Shown here in pieces: positions 41,186 through 54,240 of a DNA stretch of 64,000 nt; position 1 is the first letter of the stretch, and each line of letters begins with the position of its first letter. Below the pieces are notes generated by a model that was given only the letters and a program-made list of their open reading frames with translations, had not been told where the DNA came from and did not search any database. The stretch is from Hormiphora californensis (lineage: Eukaryota; Animalia; Ctenophora): contig CM035350.1 of assembly GCA_020137815.1 (NCBI GenBank), positions 9,920,001 to 9,984,000 on the forward strand. The letters run 5' to 3'. Made by a program: the position numbers and the translations under genes.

Positions 41186-42117
41186 AATGGAGGTAAAAAA
41201 TTTTTCCCCGGGCCAAGGGGGTTTTTTAAAAAAGGGGGGGGGTTAAGGGGAAAAAGGGAAAAATTTTTCCCCCCCGGGGGGGGGTTTTTTTTAAAAAGGG
41301 GGGGGGGGGGGTTTTTTTTTTTTGGAAAAAAAAAAGGGGTTTTGGGGGGGGGAAAAAATTTTTTCCCCCAAAAAAGGGGGGGGGCCCCCCAAAAAACCCG
41401 GGGCCCCTTTTTTGGGAAAGGGGGTTTGGGAAAGGGGGGAAAAAAAAAAGGGGGGGGGGGGGAAAAAAAAAAAACCCCAAAAAAAAAAAAACCGGGGGGG
41501 GGTTTTTTTTTTTTCCCCCCCCCCCTGCGGTTTGGGGTTTTTTTTGGGGGAAAGGGGGAAATGGGAATTAAAAGGGGGGAGGGGAAAAAAAAACCAATAA
41601 AAATTTTTGGGGGTTTTGGGGGAAACCCCCCCCCAAAAAACCCCCCAAAAAAGGGGGGGGGCTTTAAACCCCCCTTTTTTCCCCGGGGGGTTTTTTTTTT
41701 TTTTCGGGGGGAAAAAAAATTTGGGGGGGGAAATTTTTTTTTCCCCCCCCCAAAAAAAAAAAGGGGGTTCCCGGGGGGAAAAAAAAAAAAAGGGAAAATT
41801 TTGGGAAAAAGGGGGGGGGGGGGGGGGCCCCCCCCCCCGGGGGGGGGGGGGGGGGTTTTAATTTCCCCCCCCCCTTTTTTGGGGGGTTTTTTTTTTCCCC
41901 CCCCTTTTAATGGCCCCCCAAAACCCAAAGGGGGGAAAAAAAAAAAAAAAAAAAATTTTTTTTTTTTTAAAAAGGGGGGTTTTTAAAAAGGGGGGAAAGG
42001 GGCCCCAAAAAAAAAAACCCGGGGGTAAAAGGGGAAAATTAAAAAAACCCCTTTTTTGGTTTTTTTCCCCCCCAAAATTTTTGGGGGTTTTTTTCCCCCG
42101 GGGGAAAACCCAAAGAA

Positions 42118-42149
<32 letters not shown>

Positions 42150-43091
42150 GGGGAAAAAAAAAGGGGGGGGAAAAAAAAAAAGGGGGGAAAAAGGGGAAAA
42201 CAAAAAAAAGGGGAAAGAAAAAAAAGGGGGAAAAAAAAAAAAAGGGGGGGGAAAAAAAAGGGGGGGGAAAAAAAAGGGGGGGGAAAAAAAAAGGGGGAAA
42301 AAAAAGGGGGGAAAAGGGAAAAAAAAAAACGAGAAAAAGGGGGGGGGGAAAGGGAAAAAGGGGGAAAAAAAAAAAAAAAAAAAAATTTTTTTTTTTTTTC
42401 CCCCCCCCCCCCCCCGGGGGCCCCCAAAAAAAAAAAAAAACCCCAAAAAAAAACCGGGCCCCCCCCCCGGGGGGGTTTTTTTTCCCCCCCAAAAAAAAAA
42501 ACCCCCCCCCCCAACCGTCCAAAAAACCCCCCCCCCAAAAAAAATTTAACCCCAAAAACCCCCCCAAAAAAAACCCCCAAAACCCCCCAAAAAAAATTTG
42601 GGGGAAAAAACCCCCCCCCCCAAAAAAAACCCCCAAACCCCCCCAAATTTTTTCCCCCTAAAAAAAAAAAACCCAAAAAAAAGGGGGGGGGAAAGGGGGC
42701 CCCAAAAAATTTTTTCCCCCCCCCGGGGAAAAAACCCCCCCCCCCCCCCAAAAAAAAAAAAAAAAATTTGGGGCCCCCCCCCAAAAAAGGGAAACCCCCG
42801 GCCGCCCCCCCCCCCCCTCCCCTCTCCCCCCCCCCCAAAAAGGGGCCCCCCCCCCCCCCTTTTTCCCCCCCCCCCCCCCTTTTTTTTTCCCTTTCCCTTT
42901 TTTTTCCCCCCCCTTTTTTTTTTCCCCCCGGAAACCCCCCCTTTTTTTTTCCCCCCCCCCCCAACCCCCCCCGGGCCCCAAAAAAAAAAGGGGGAAGAAA
43001 AAAAAGGGAAAGGGGGGGGGGAAAAAAAAAAGGGGGGGAAAAAAAAAAAAAGGGGGAAAAAAGGGGGGGGGGGAAAAGAAGAGGGGGAAAA

Positions 43092-43127
<36 letters not shown>

Positions 43128-43255
43128 AAAAAAAAAAAAAAAAAACGGGGGGGGGGGGGGAAAAAAAAAAGGGGGGGAAAAGGAAAAGGAAAAAGAGGAA
43201 AATTGAGAGGGGAGAAAGGTAGGGGGGGAGAAGGAAGGGGAAAAATGAGAGGTTA
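41186..43255. other. Low-quality homopolymer-rich consensus (probable basecalling/assembly artefact)
   Basis: Almost exclusively runs of A, C, G and T with abrupt onset, fading into degraded (GA)n-like sequence. Confidence 0.85.
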
Positions 43256-43755
43256 AATAAAAAAATGTCAGATTGTCAACAGTAGCAGTCATAAAATCTA
43301 TAAAAGGCGTTTTTTTTTTTAAAACCCCTAAAAAACAAATTTTTCCATTTGCCTTTTTTTGTTTTTCAAACCCTAAAAAATTTCAAACTCAAAATTCGAC
43401 CATGACAGCCCGGGAAAACGAGATTCGTTTAAGTATTTAGAAATTTAGGGAAAATTTTTTCGAAAAGGCGTAGAGTTAAACCCATTTAGTTCAGACAAGT
43501 AGTGGATTGAAAATTGAAAAATGGGGAAACACGTCTAAGGTTTCAAACGGGGGAGAGAGGGGGCAATCAAACCAATAAAAACCCCAATATTTTGGCGATG
43601 GTTCAATACAAAAGTAAGGGCCCTCAATTCTAATTGACGTCGGTTTCACCAAGTACCTTCTAATTCCCTTCCCTTCACGCATTTAAATTCCTCTCTCACT
43701 CTCTCTCTCTCAGCTCTCTCTCTCTCACTATCCCGTCGCCTCTTTTCCCCCTTTC

Positions 43756-43799
<44 letters not shown>

Positions 43800-45776
43800 C
43801 TCTCTCTCTTTTTTCCTCTCTCTTCTCCTCTCTCTCTCTCTCCCCTTCCTCTCTCTCTCCTCCCCCTCTCCTCTCTCCTATCTCTCTCTCTGTCTCGCTC
43901 ACAACTCCTGTGTTTTCCCCGTGTCCTACTTTGTCGGTGGTATCGATAGCTCAAGGCCCTCTCTATCCACAAGGTACCCTCCGCTGCTGCTGTAGCTGTA
44001 GCCATGGGTTCCGGTAGACCGTTAGGGGGAAGTGGAGGCTGCAGTGACACATGGGCGATGATACAGGGAGATGTAACGGAATTTAGTTAACATTTGTTCG
44101 TTGTTACTTGATACAAAGAACTGCCAATTCAAGCCGCCCTGTGCCACTGATCTACATTTAGTTTTTGGCGATCCAGCTCTTCTGATCGGAATTTAGTGCT
44201 TCAATCCGATATATTCATTCCCGGGTGCCTCTCTCTCTCTCACCGCAGCTCCCCCCTCTCACTCACTCACTCGTCTACACATCCACACTCTCTCACAGAG
44301 GAGCATTTGTCCAGTAATCCTATTACTGGTAGCATATCTCACGTGTAATGTGTCTCCCTTTACCCAGCTCCCTGGGTTGTCATGGTTACACTCCTGTTAT
44401 GACGAGAGAGTGGGGTCACGTGACCTCACCACGTGACACACCACGCACGTGGCACTCCCCAAGACACCATGGTATTGCACGTGCTGCCCAGTGCTGCAGA
44501 TCGAACCCCCAAACACGGCAACGTGTACTGCAGCTGTGGACGTGTGTGTGTGTCGAGCGGCCAAGGATCTTGGAGCGGAGAGGGAGTTTGCTTATTTTAT
44601 ATCCCGCATACACACTCACTACAGTCTACCGGGGAGATATAGGGAGAGGGAGCTGACAGAGTGAGAGAATACCCCCTTACCTCATAACTTATTATCATGT
44701 CCACCTCACTCTCAATGTATCCCTAGAATTTATCGAACAATCATGGACCCTTTTTACTATCAAACAATGGGTTTCATTGTCTCCCTCTCTTTTACTTTGT
44801 GATTGTCTTCACGAACAAGATGATATAAAAAGTAACCTTGTGCTAGTTAGCGTAATGAATTTGTTAGGGCGGGTAGTTTTAATTATAAAGGGTCTACTAC
44901 TACAGAATCAAAGTGATTGAATCACTGATAAACTTCTTTTACAATGCATGATGATCTTCAGTCTTCCTATCTTCATCTATTTATCTCTCTCACTCTCTCT
45001 CTCTCTGTGTCTCTCTCTATCTGATAGCCACTGCTTTCAATCACTATCAAGGACAACGGGAGAGAGAAGAAGAGAGAAAGATATAACCTCTCTGCGGTGA
45101 AGGACTCTTGTGATCCTGTGAAGTCCGGGCAGTGCAGAAGAGGTTAAATTAGATCCGCTAGTCTCTCTCTATCTTTCTCTCTCTCCCTCTCTCTTCCTCC
45201 TGATAAAACAGCTCTAGTACACAATCATCCCCTATTAATCAAAGCTCATGGGACTTGGATCATGTGATGCTCAAGAGAGTGCAGATCTGTAAACATCGCC
45301 CCCTCGAATCAGAAGAAGCCCTGGGATGGTCCGCTGGGTACTGCCCTCAACCTGGATATATCCTCCCTCTTCTCCTCTCTCTCACTGTCCTGTCACCTAC
45401 GTAGTATTGTTCACGAGATACTCGAGACAATCTGAACAAGTCAATCTTTTCCAAACTCTCCTCTTCTGCGAACTGTCATAGTTGTTGAACACGTGATCAT
45501 TCTTCCATTCTCTCCTGCTAACACACAGGTGATACACATCTCACTGGACACGCTGATCGGTACCTTGGAGCGCACGTACATTGTCCTTTCTCTCATTCTC
45601 TATATCGCTCTCTCTCTCTCTCCCTCTCTCACCATATCTCACCCTCTCTCTCTCTTTCTGCCGGTGCTGGTCACTGTGTGTCCGTATGAAGTACACGTGA
45701 CACAGTAACAACTGTGTGCTGAAAAACAAAGAGTTGCACCTGGCTTCGGGTTGGGGGTACAGCTCACCTCCTATCG

Positions 45777-45841
<65 letters not shown>

Positions 45842-46371
45842 GTCTCTCTCTCCCTCTCTCTTTCTCTCTCTCTCTCTCCCCTCTCTCTACTTTTCTGGTT
45901 CTCTATATTACTCTTTCTCGATATTATATACTATTTCTTTCTTACCATCTATCACACTCTATCTCGCTTCCTTTCTCTTCATCTCTGTTACTAGCGAACT
46001 CGTTCTTCCCTCTATCATTTCTCACCTTATCAGAACAATTTACCTCTCTCACTCCCTCTTTCTTTCTTTCTCTCTCTCCAATATATGGGGGACCATGAGC
46101 CTTAGTCGCAAGTAGAGGAGGGCCGGGACACGTGGTATGCCCAGATGTTCTAACCACCCAGGGTGGGCTAGAGACAACACTACAGTACTACACCCCATCC
46201 CCATGATGTTAGCTAAAAAGTGATTTTGTAAACGGTGGAGTGTGTTTAGTCCCTCGACAAAACGAATTTACGAGGTTTTCTCACAGCTTGAGCATGAATT
46301 TACCCCTAAAAGAGGGAGCTAAACATATCCGAGGGGGGGTAAAAAGATAGAGTGAGAGGAAGAGAGAGAGA

Positions 46372-46417
<46 letters not shown>

Positions 46418-48783
46418 AGTGAAAGAGATAGAATAGATCAACGTGTACTAGACAAGGTGAAAGTTTAAAATAGCAGAACGTGTCCCTACCTTTGATTGGA
46501 CTTGAATCTTTATTATCAAAGGAGCACTCCTGAAATAAAATTTTGGTTAGAATTTACAGAAATTGTAGTAACTTGGTAAAACACAGAATAAATGGATGTT
46601 TTTAATGTTAATTTATTTTGACTCACCCATTTTCGAAGATCGAATAGTGCCTCATGAACCTTTCCCTGCAAAGCAGAATTTCAATATTCAATCAAGAAAC
46701 AAAACAAGTATGCAACATCAGTCATGATACCAATGCAATGAATACGACTACTAGACAGTAATAGGTACTGAAATTACCCCTCCGCGAATGCGATATTAAG
46801 CCACTAGCAAGTAGTATAATACTTTCCACTTACCAAAATATGTAGATAGACTTTGTCAAGAGGTAAAAACTTGGCCGAGGGGTCGGTAAAACTGATATCT
46901 GTCTGGGAGCACTGAGACTCAACCTTGTGACCGCCGGGCGACATAATCTACAACTGAGGAGAGGAAGTCGAGACGGAGAAAAGTGGAGATAGTTAAGCCA
47001 TGTGGATTTTTCGAGCACTACAGCCACCCCAAATATAGCCATTAACCATTTAAACTTCGCACTGGGAGCATCGGGAGGGAGAGAGGGATAGAGAGAGAGG
47101 GGTAGAGAGAGAAATACAGAGAAAGAAATACAGAGAAACAGAGTAGGGTAATCAGTAAGCTGGAATCAGAATACAGCAAGGGGAGAGGGTGCTGGATAGA
47201 GAAAGAGCACTCTTGTCATTATTAAAATTGAGCGATTTAAACGGCTTGATAAAGTGCTCTTTCTCTCTCTCTCTCTCTATCTCTCTCTCCCTCTCCATCG
47301 TTCTCTCTCGTTCTCTCGTTCTCCCTCTCGTTCTCTCCCTCTCTCTCGTTCTTCTCGCTACGGATCACGTGTAAGGGTGATCGTGGGTGAGAGTTAAAGA
47401 GCAAGCAGTCACAGGGATGGTCACGTGGTTGACAGGGAGCCAATGGGATCTCTCCCCTTGACAGCCCATGAGCGTGTTGACTGTAGTGCACTGCCTCATT
47501 GAACGATGAAGGGAGTTCCTCACTATCAGGTTAAAACTAAATACCCCCCGAGAACTCAGAAACTATATGGCATCTTCGATCAGCTTGTAACGATGAGAAG
47601 GTATTAATTTAAAATAGAGATTGCTTCATCTCTCATTTCTATCGGTTATATCCCACTAAATGGTTGTACCAGCAGACTGTAGAACTTCTACTAGAAGGTA
47701 CCTACAACTAAGAAGTAAGGAAACAGGAATCGCACCAAGATGAAATGAAGCAGGGGCGCCGCTATTATAGCCCAGTGAGCTACTCTGAAGTTTTGGAAGC
47801 CAAGTTCATGCCGGGGGGGGGGGTCCATAACAGGCTCCAAAAGCTCTATGCATCGGCTAGTTAATAAAAAGTCGATCTTCCAAGCGCAGAGAGTGGTCTG
47901 GGTCTTGATCTTCTTCCAATTCTACTAGGATGCTGCGGAGTGACAGCTACGTTAGCAACCTTCTCCCCGTCCACTGTCCAGGGGGTGAGATGATCTGGTA
48001 GCTCTAGGCCATGATGTCACAATTGCCTTCTTACTGGGGTCCGTCACGGGGTGTGAGACCCAACCTAAAGACTTTCAGAGGATTTAAGTCGGTCTTTCCC
48101 AGCTGCTGGGTATTACAGCGTGTTCCATATTTGTAGGCTGGTACAACATTCCATCGGGTGGATACTGGATCCATTGATGAGCACGATGATATTATATGAT
48201 ATAATATGTACCCGCCGATCACTTATATAATGGTTGGTGCTAGCCGTGGTATTGTACAAGAGCATTCTGTTCTCATTCAACACGACAAAAGGTCGGGTGG
48301 ATCACCTACATGGATCGATATGGGCAGATGGAGAATAGAGGTAGGCAGGCAAGGGCCCATCAACATTCTGAGGGTCCCTAAACTATCTCAGGGGCAACTG
48401 AGGGTCCAACGGGATGTTTTGTTGTCTCGTCCTTCACCATCTTCTAATAAGAAACCAACAGGAATATTAATTGCACTCCCTGCCTTCAGCTTCAGATTTT
48501 CATGTGATCTGACCAATATTGACACTTGAGACAGCTTTACAAGAGCATATTGGGCTGTAAAATTAGCCTCGTTATGTGATCTCACGAGCACCTTTCATTT
48601 ATCGCTCTTGAAAACTGGGTAGTGAAGGATTACATAGCAGGAGGGCGTCTTATTGATTAAATTCATGGAGGAAGTTCCCGAAAAACGCACAAGGTGGCAA
48701 TTTTAAATAGTTACACCATGTTTCATGAATTATGAAGCCAGTTGATTTGTTTGATGAAGGGGCAGTTACTATTCGCGTGAAAT

Positions 48784-50436
48784 ACTTTTTTCAAACGGCT
48801 ATAGCCACGCAACCACATGGCCAATTTGAGTTTATTTTTGTTGTTGAGTAAACTACAAAGACCCTCACTTGGGTTTTGTGAAATTTCCGGCGGTCATTAC
48901 TCCACCCCTTCTTCTTCTTCTGATGAAAAAGAGAGTGGAGCAATGATCGTCGGTCACTTTTTCCTCGGCAGGAGGGGGATCTTTCCCATCGTTAGCCAAG
49001 TGGATGGTGGTGTTGCTGCAGAATCTACTGACAACCTTGGTGACACGGCCACCCCTACACTAGCCGCGCACAACATAATAGGGGATGGCATCACAATCTT
49101 CAATCTTCAAAATAGTTTGACCAGTCATGTCGAGACATCCACATTATAAACAAACGCTTCAGCCTCTCTGAACTCATTCGGTTTTGTCACTAGAAGTCCG
49201 TGCCCCGGCTTAGGGCATAGTCCAACAAGGAGTTTCTAGACGGGACATTTGGAATGGTAATCAGTGTATTTTTATACAATTCTCAATTTTAACTGGCAAA
49301 CCGGCAAAATCAGATATAGGCTGGATTATTTTGGGATTTAGCCTTTAGGGGCAAAGTTTCTCATTTTCGACTCAACTGGAGAGTGGAGACTGGTCCTACT
49401 CAGTGAGACTAGGAACCAAAAGCAAACTTGCATTATTAACTTAACGCCCAGAGCAGAGGAAACTCCAGTATCACGAATGAAGATCATGCGTGGTAACAGG
49501 CTGTTACTAACAGCGTGTCTCCTGCTATGTGTTCTGTTGTCTCATTCTGTGGTGAGCTTCCTGACTCCCCTGTGAGTCTCCCGTGAGCTTTTGAACTTGT
49601 CTACAAACCGCTACCAACATAAATTCTCGACAAACGAGTGACAAATCGTCACGAAACTGCGAAAAAAAAACAACTTTTTGAAAACACAAGGTGAAAAATA
49701 GGGATCCCTAAAAAAGTTCAGTATTTACACAGAGTTTACACGGAAAACGTTAAAATCTGGGTGCCTTTCATTGCTAACAATTCGTAGTTTTGGCGCGCGC
49801 GACGGGTTAGGGCTATCCGTTAGGGTCTGGTTAGGGTTTGGTTTGGGGTTATCGGTTAGGGCTATCGATTCTCTAACTGATACCGTTTAGTTTACTCAAA
49901 TCGGCCATGTGGTTCCATGGCTATAGCCGTTTGAAAAAAGTCGGTCTAAGTATACTCTTTTGGTAGCGCGCACCTGTAAACAGGCTGCAAGGCACCCAGA
50001 TTATAATCGCGCCCAGTTTATACTCCATTTTTTTTCAACTGTTCACCCCCCAAAGTCGTGCGCGGAATTGTTTTGCGCGTTTATCACATGTTAACGTATA
50101 GCGCGCGCCACCCAAATTCTAATTTTTATCAAATTTCAGTTTTTGGGTGAACAGTTGAAAAAAAATGGACTTTACACAGTCTTTACTCAGTCGTTACACC
50201 CAGAGCGGCGCGTGCTGCGCACAGTGGCTTTTTCCAAGAAAATATTGGATTGTGTGCTGCACAATTGACAAAATTGAGCGCTGCGGCGAAAAAAGTTTCC
50301 GAAAACGCTGCAAATCGAGTGCGAAAGACGCAGTCGTTACACCCAGAGCGGCGCGGGCGCTCTGGGTGTAACGACTGAGTAAAGACTGTGTAAACTCTGT
50401 GTAAATACTGAACTTTTTTAGGGATCCCTATTTTCA
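48784..50436. mobile_element. Cluster of interleaved MITE/TIR remnants
   Basis: Inverted pairs: 48784-48830/49893-49940; 49692-49741/50388-50436; 49753-49766/49989-50003; MITE 50019-50173; 50171-50206/50357-50395. Confidence 0.65.
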
Positions 50437-51357
50437 AAAAATGTGAAAATATACGGACCGCGTTTTGTTACGCGCATGCCACACGAAATGCAGCGTTTTT
50501 GATAAAATATTAGCGCGTAACGTAAACTGCACATCACCGCGCCAAATGTTATATTACTTTTCTGAAATTTTCCGAAATTTCGCCTTCTTCAAGTTCACCT
50601 TTTCTGCTTTTCTGAAATCTGAGTGACCCAACTTTTCTTGGAATGCGCTGCAGCCCCCTCATGCGCGCACCCCCGCAACGAGGGGACTGGAGGGAATGCC
50701 GCGCGCGCGTTTGGCCTGATCCCGGCTGGGTCGAAGATAACTTTGCGGTCGAAAAAACGGCGGTGCTTATAACTTTGGCTCCTGAAGTCCGTTTGACTTG
50801 ATTCTTTCACCAGTTGTTAGATCTGACAATTATCTACCTTGCTGTTTTTGAGAGAAGTTAATTGGATTTAAGGAGGCTGAGCAATAGCCGTTGAAAGATG
50901 GGTTGTTTTCAAAAAGTGACGTCACAGATTCTTGCAGGGACACCATTTTTAAAATTTCATTCAAATTTCGATTTTACCGCACTCGATTTTGCGGAGTCTG
51001 GTTCATATCTCCTGTTCCTGATAAGATAGAGACTTGAAACTGGTTGCATTTGAAAGCTGTTATCTTCCTCTTTCCAACGCTACCAGAACGATTTCTGTAC
51101 CTTATCTGGAACCGGAGATATGATTGATTATGTATTCCCCCCTAGCGCGGTATTCCCTCCAGGCCCCTTATATTATATTATAAGGGGCCTGCAACGTATG
51201 CCAACAACTTTTCCAACTTTGTCGCTCGGATGAAGATCTCAGATTTGAGTGGCGTTCCTCGCTCATATCGGGTCTGTTGCCGGCTGTGGCTATTATTCAT
51301 TATTTCAATTTTCAAAATCTTTATTCTTTATCTTACGACTTTCTTTCTCACTCCTAA

Positions 51358-52589
51358 CTTTTCAACACTACTTTAAACAAATTAATTTGAGATATGTCCT
51401 CAGGATGTTGAGACCGCCCGTAGGGGCAGGAAGAAGTTATGACGGAGAAACTCAATACCTCTGATGCAGATGCCGATCCACTGAAATGTGTTGATCCCTC
51501 GGTGATGGAACTACTTCGTTATGCAGTAAGAGACGTTTTGTTAATCAGGAATGGAACCAAACCGAGTCACCATCAGGTGGATGAAAAGCTGCGAATGTTA
51601 TTCTTGGATTCCAGTCGATCACTGCCAGTAGACTACGCTCCAAGAAATTATGATGGAGATCAGTTCATGGCCTTCACCAAGAAACTCTGCCGTCATATTC
51701 TTCTGATAGCGAGGGAAGCTGGACAATGTATGAAAAATAACGATGAAACTGTCCGTATGAAAGAACGTCGGGAACTAGAGGAGTGTAATCGGAAACTCGA
51801 GGAGGTACAAAAAGAGCTTGGCTCATTCAAGGAAGAGGTTGATAAACATCGGGTATCAAGGATTGAGTTACAAGAGAAGCTGATTGAAGCACAAAAAAGT
51901 TTGATTGAAGTACAAGGTCAGAAACTCAATTCGGTGTCGGAGTCTGTTCAGAAGCAATTGCAGGGCTACTCCAAAGTACTTGTCCAGAACTGCTCAGCGG
52001 CTATTGCACCATCCCGCCTCCAAGCAGCATGGAAGAAAGCGTCAGTTCCCCTTCCCACAAGTACAACAGAAGAAGCAACTCCTGATCGAAAGCTGAATTT
52101 GGTTTTGTTTGGGCTACCAGAAACTACTGCAAGAACCACTGAGCATGAAGTTCGAGATATTTTTACAGAGCTGAATGAAAAACCAGTCATAACTTCCACA
52201 AAGCGAGTCGGCGAAAAGACTGATAACCGACCAAGACCAGTAATCGTTACCCTTCAAAGGAGGGAAACCTTGTTGCAGCTTCTCAGGAAAGCAAAGCAGC
52301 TCCGGGATTCAGAGAAATTTTCCTCGGTGTTTCTTTCCCCCGACCTAACACCGGAGGAACAGCGAGAACGGAAAACTCTCGTTGATACAGTGAAAGGACT
52401 GAGGCGAGACAATCCGAATGGACGATATTGGGTTAGCAGGGGGGTAATTAAATGTGGCTGACTTCTAATCAGTGACATGTGCACTGAAGAGACTTCTAAT
52501 GGGACTTATTAATGGCTATCCGTTTTGCCCACAAAAAAGGGGCAGTATATGTAATGTATACATTTTAGAGTTAATAATAATAATAATAA
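51358..52589 (+). mobile_element. Non-autonomous LINE encoding only ORF1
   Basis: 12-bp direct repeat tctcactcctaa at 51346-51357 and 52590-52601, (TAA)n tail 52572-52589, no ORF2. Confidence 0.65.
51439..52461 (+). CDS. LINE ORF1-like protein (coiled coil + RRM-like domain, CR1/L2/Jockey type)
   Basis: RKLNLVLFGLPE...RVGEKTDNRPRPVIVTL...VFLSPDLTPEEQRERKTL motifs after a long coiled coil; intact 340 aa. Confidence 0.8.
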   Translation: MTEKLNTSDADADPLKCVDPSVMELLRYAVRDVLLIRNGTKPSHHQVDEKLRMLFLDSSRSLPVDYAPRNYDGDQFMAFTKKLCRHILLIAREAGQCMKNNDETVRMKERRELEECNRKLEEVQKELGSFKEEVDKHRVSRIELQEKLIEAQKSLIEVQGQKLNSVSESVQKQLQGYSKVLVQNCSAAIAPSRLQAAWKKASVPLPTSTTEEATPDRKLNLVLFGLPETTARTTEHEVRDIFTELNEKPVITSTKRVGEKTDNRPRPVIVTLQRRETLLQLLRKAKQLRDSEKFSSVFLSPDLTPEEQRERKTLVDTVKGLRRDNPNGRYWVSRGVIKCG

Positions 52590-53028
52590 TCTCACTCCTA
52601 AAAACTGTACTCATTTCCATCAGGGGGTTCAGGGGGAATAAATGGACTCGGTTTTGTAGTTTAACCAATGACATTAATCTAATCTAATTTATTAATCTTA
52701 TATGTACTGATTACCTTGATTCTTATTCCGTTTTAATTGGACCGGCAACCCCGGCTTTCTGGAAGAATTATTCTTTATCTTTACCTGGGGGTTGGGCGCG
52801 GTGAGCCGTGACTCGTGAGAGAGAGTCGAGAAAGACTATCAGCTGCCGTTTTCAAATTTGTCAGAAGTCGGCTTCTTCCCACATATTATTTATTCATGGC
52901 TCTCGGCTCTCCAGTGTCCAGCAAACTTCGTAAATCCGTTTTTTTAAACATATATTTTGCGTTCAATTCTTACATTTATGAGTAATCGTACATAATTCGT
53001 TGTTAGAGGGCTGAGGGTGTTGGGTGCA

Positions 53029-54098
53029 ATGGCTGTTATCCTACCCGAACGTACAACACTAGTCCACGTAATGAAGGCACTTCTTTTGGGTCAAATTTTG
53101 GCAGTTTGCAACACCGGTACTGGAGTAACCAGCCAGATTTTAACGGATAAAATTAAAGTAAGTTGAATGTATCTTCTCGATAGACTGCATGTTCCCTGAT
53201 TGTATCTTGGGTAACACCCCACCCTTTCCTAGGTGAATATCCCGACCACCCAGTCCTTTCTCACCTACCTCTCCCTCTGCTGCACCTATGGGGTATACCA
53301 TCTCTACTCTTGTGGGCTCACCCGACTTCTTTCTAAAAGTGGTGCCTGGTGTATCTTCCTCGCGGTAACGGACTTTATTAGCCACCTTTGTCACAGTCAA
53401 AGCATACCAGTACACCTCCCTTGTCAGTGTACAGTTGCTCGATTGTGCAGCCATCCCGACCATTATGATCCTATCGTTCACAATCTTCCGGGTCCGGTAT
53501 CGTCCACTACATTATCCTGGCTGTCCTGATCTGTCTAGCGGGTGTGGGTGCCCTGGTCTTTGTAGACTCTCAATCCAAAACATCCCTGAAGGGCGACTTG
53601 TTAGGTCATTGTAGCTGCAGTCCTGTACGGGGTGAACAATGTCTGTTTAGAGTGGCTTGCTAAGGATCTCGGAACATACACCTATCTGGGGATGTATTGC
53701 TGGTATGGACTTGGTTGTTTCTGGTATCCAACTAGGTGGTAGTTGAAAGAACTGCCCTGGTAGACGCACCCTGGGACAACGCCAACTTTTATCTGGCTCT
53801 CCTAGGTTTTGTTGCATTTCTCTTCACCTTCCTGACGATAATGCCACATGTCATGGTGCACTATAGTGCCACAGTCGCTAATCTGAACCTCCTTGCTGCA
53901 GATGTATACTCAGCGATAGTGGGGTACTTCATATTTTCAATCCACTTTAGCCCTCTCTACCTGTTGTCCATTATTCTCATCCTGTCTGGGGTGTTGGTAT
54001 TTATTCACCAGTCCCATGAACATTCTAGTGGGGTGGTGCATCCTGAATCTGAGGAAGACGTGGAACAATCTCAGTCCCTAGTTGAGGAACCGAAATAA
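53029..54098 (+). CDS. SLC35F: Solute carrier family 35 member F1/F2-like transporter. Exons 53029-53157 and 53233-54098 (several indels)
   Basis: LLLGQILAVCNTGTGVTSQIL|VNIPTTQSFLTY; VKAYQYTSL in a shifted frame; SATVANLNLLAADVYS. Confidence 0.8.
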
Positions 54099-54240
54099 GG
54101 GTGTTTGTTAGACTAGAACTGACTACTTGTGTATTTATGTAGTTTTTTAAAGAAGAATTCTTGTTTTTAGGGGCATGATTGTAACTTATTACCTGTCTAA
54201 ATTATAATTGTCTGTTTAATTTCTAAAAAGTTTTGTGTGT

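Noticed and set aside
41054-43292. Long G/K/P/F-rich ORFs (up to 448 aa) on both strands
   Set aside because: They are produced by homopolymer runs lacking stops; likely a sequencing artefact.
49804-49862. Interstitial telomere
   Set aside because: Few, degenerate units lying inside a MITE-like element.
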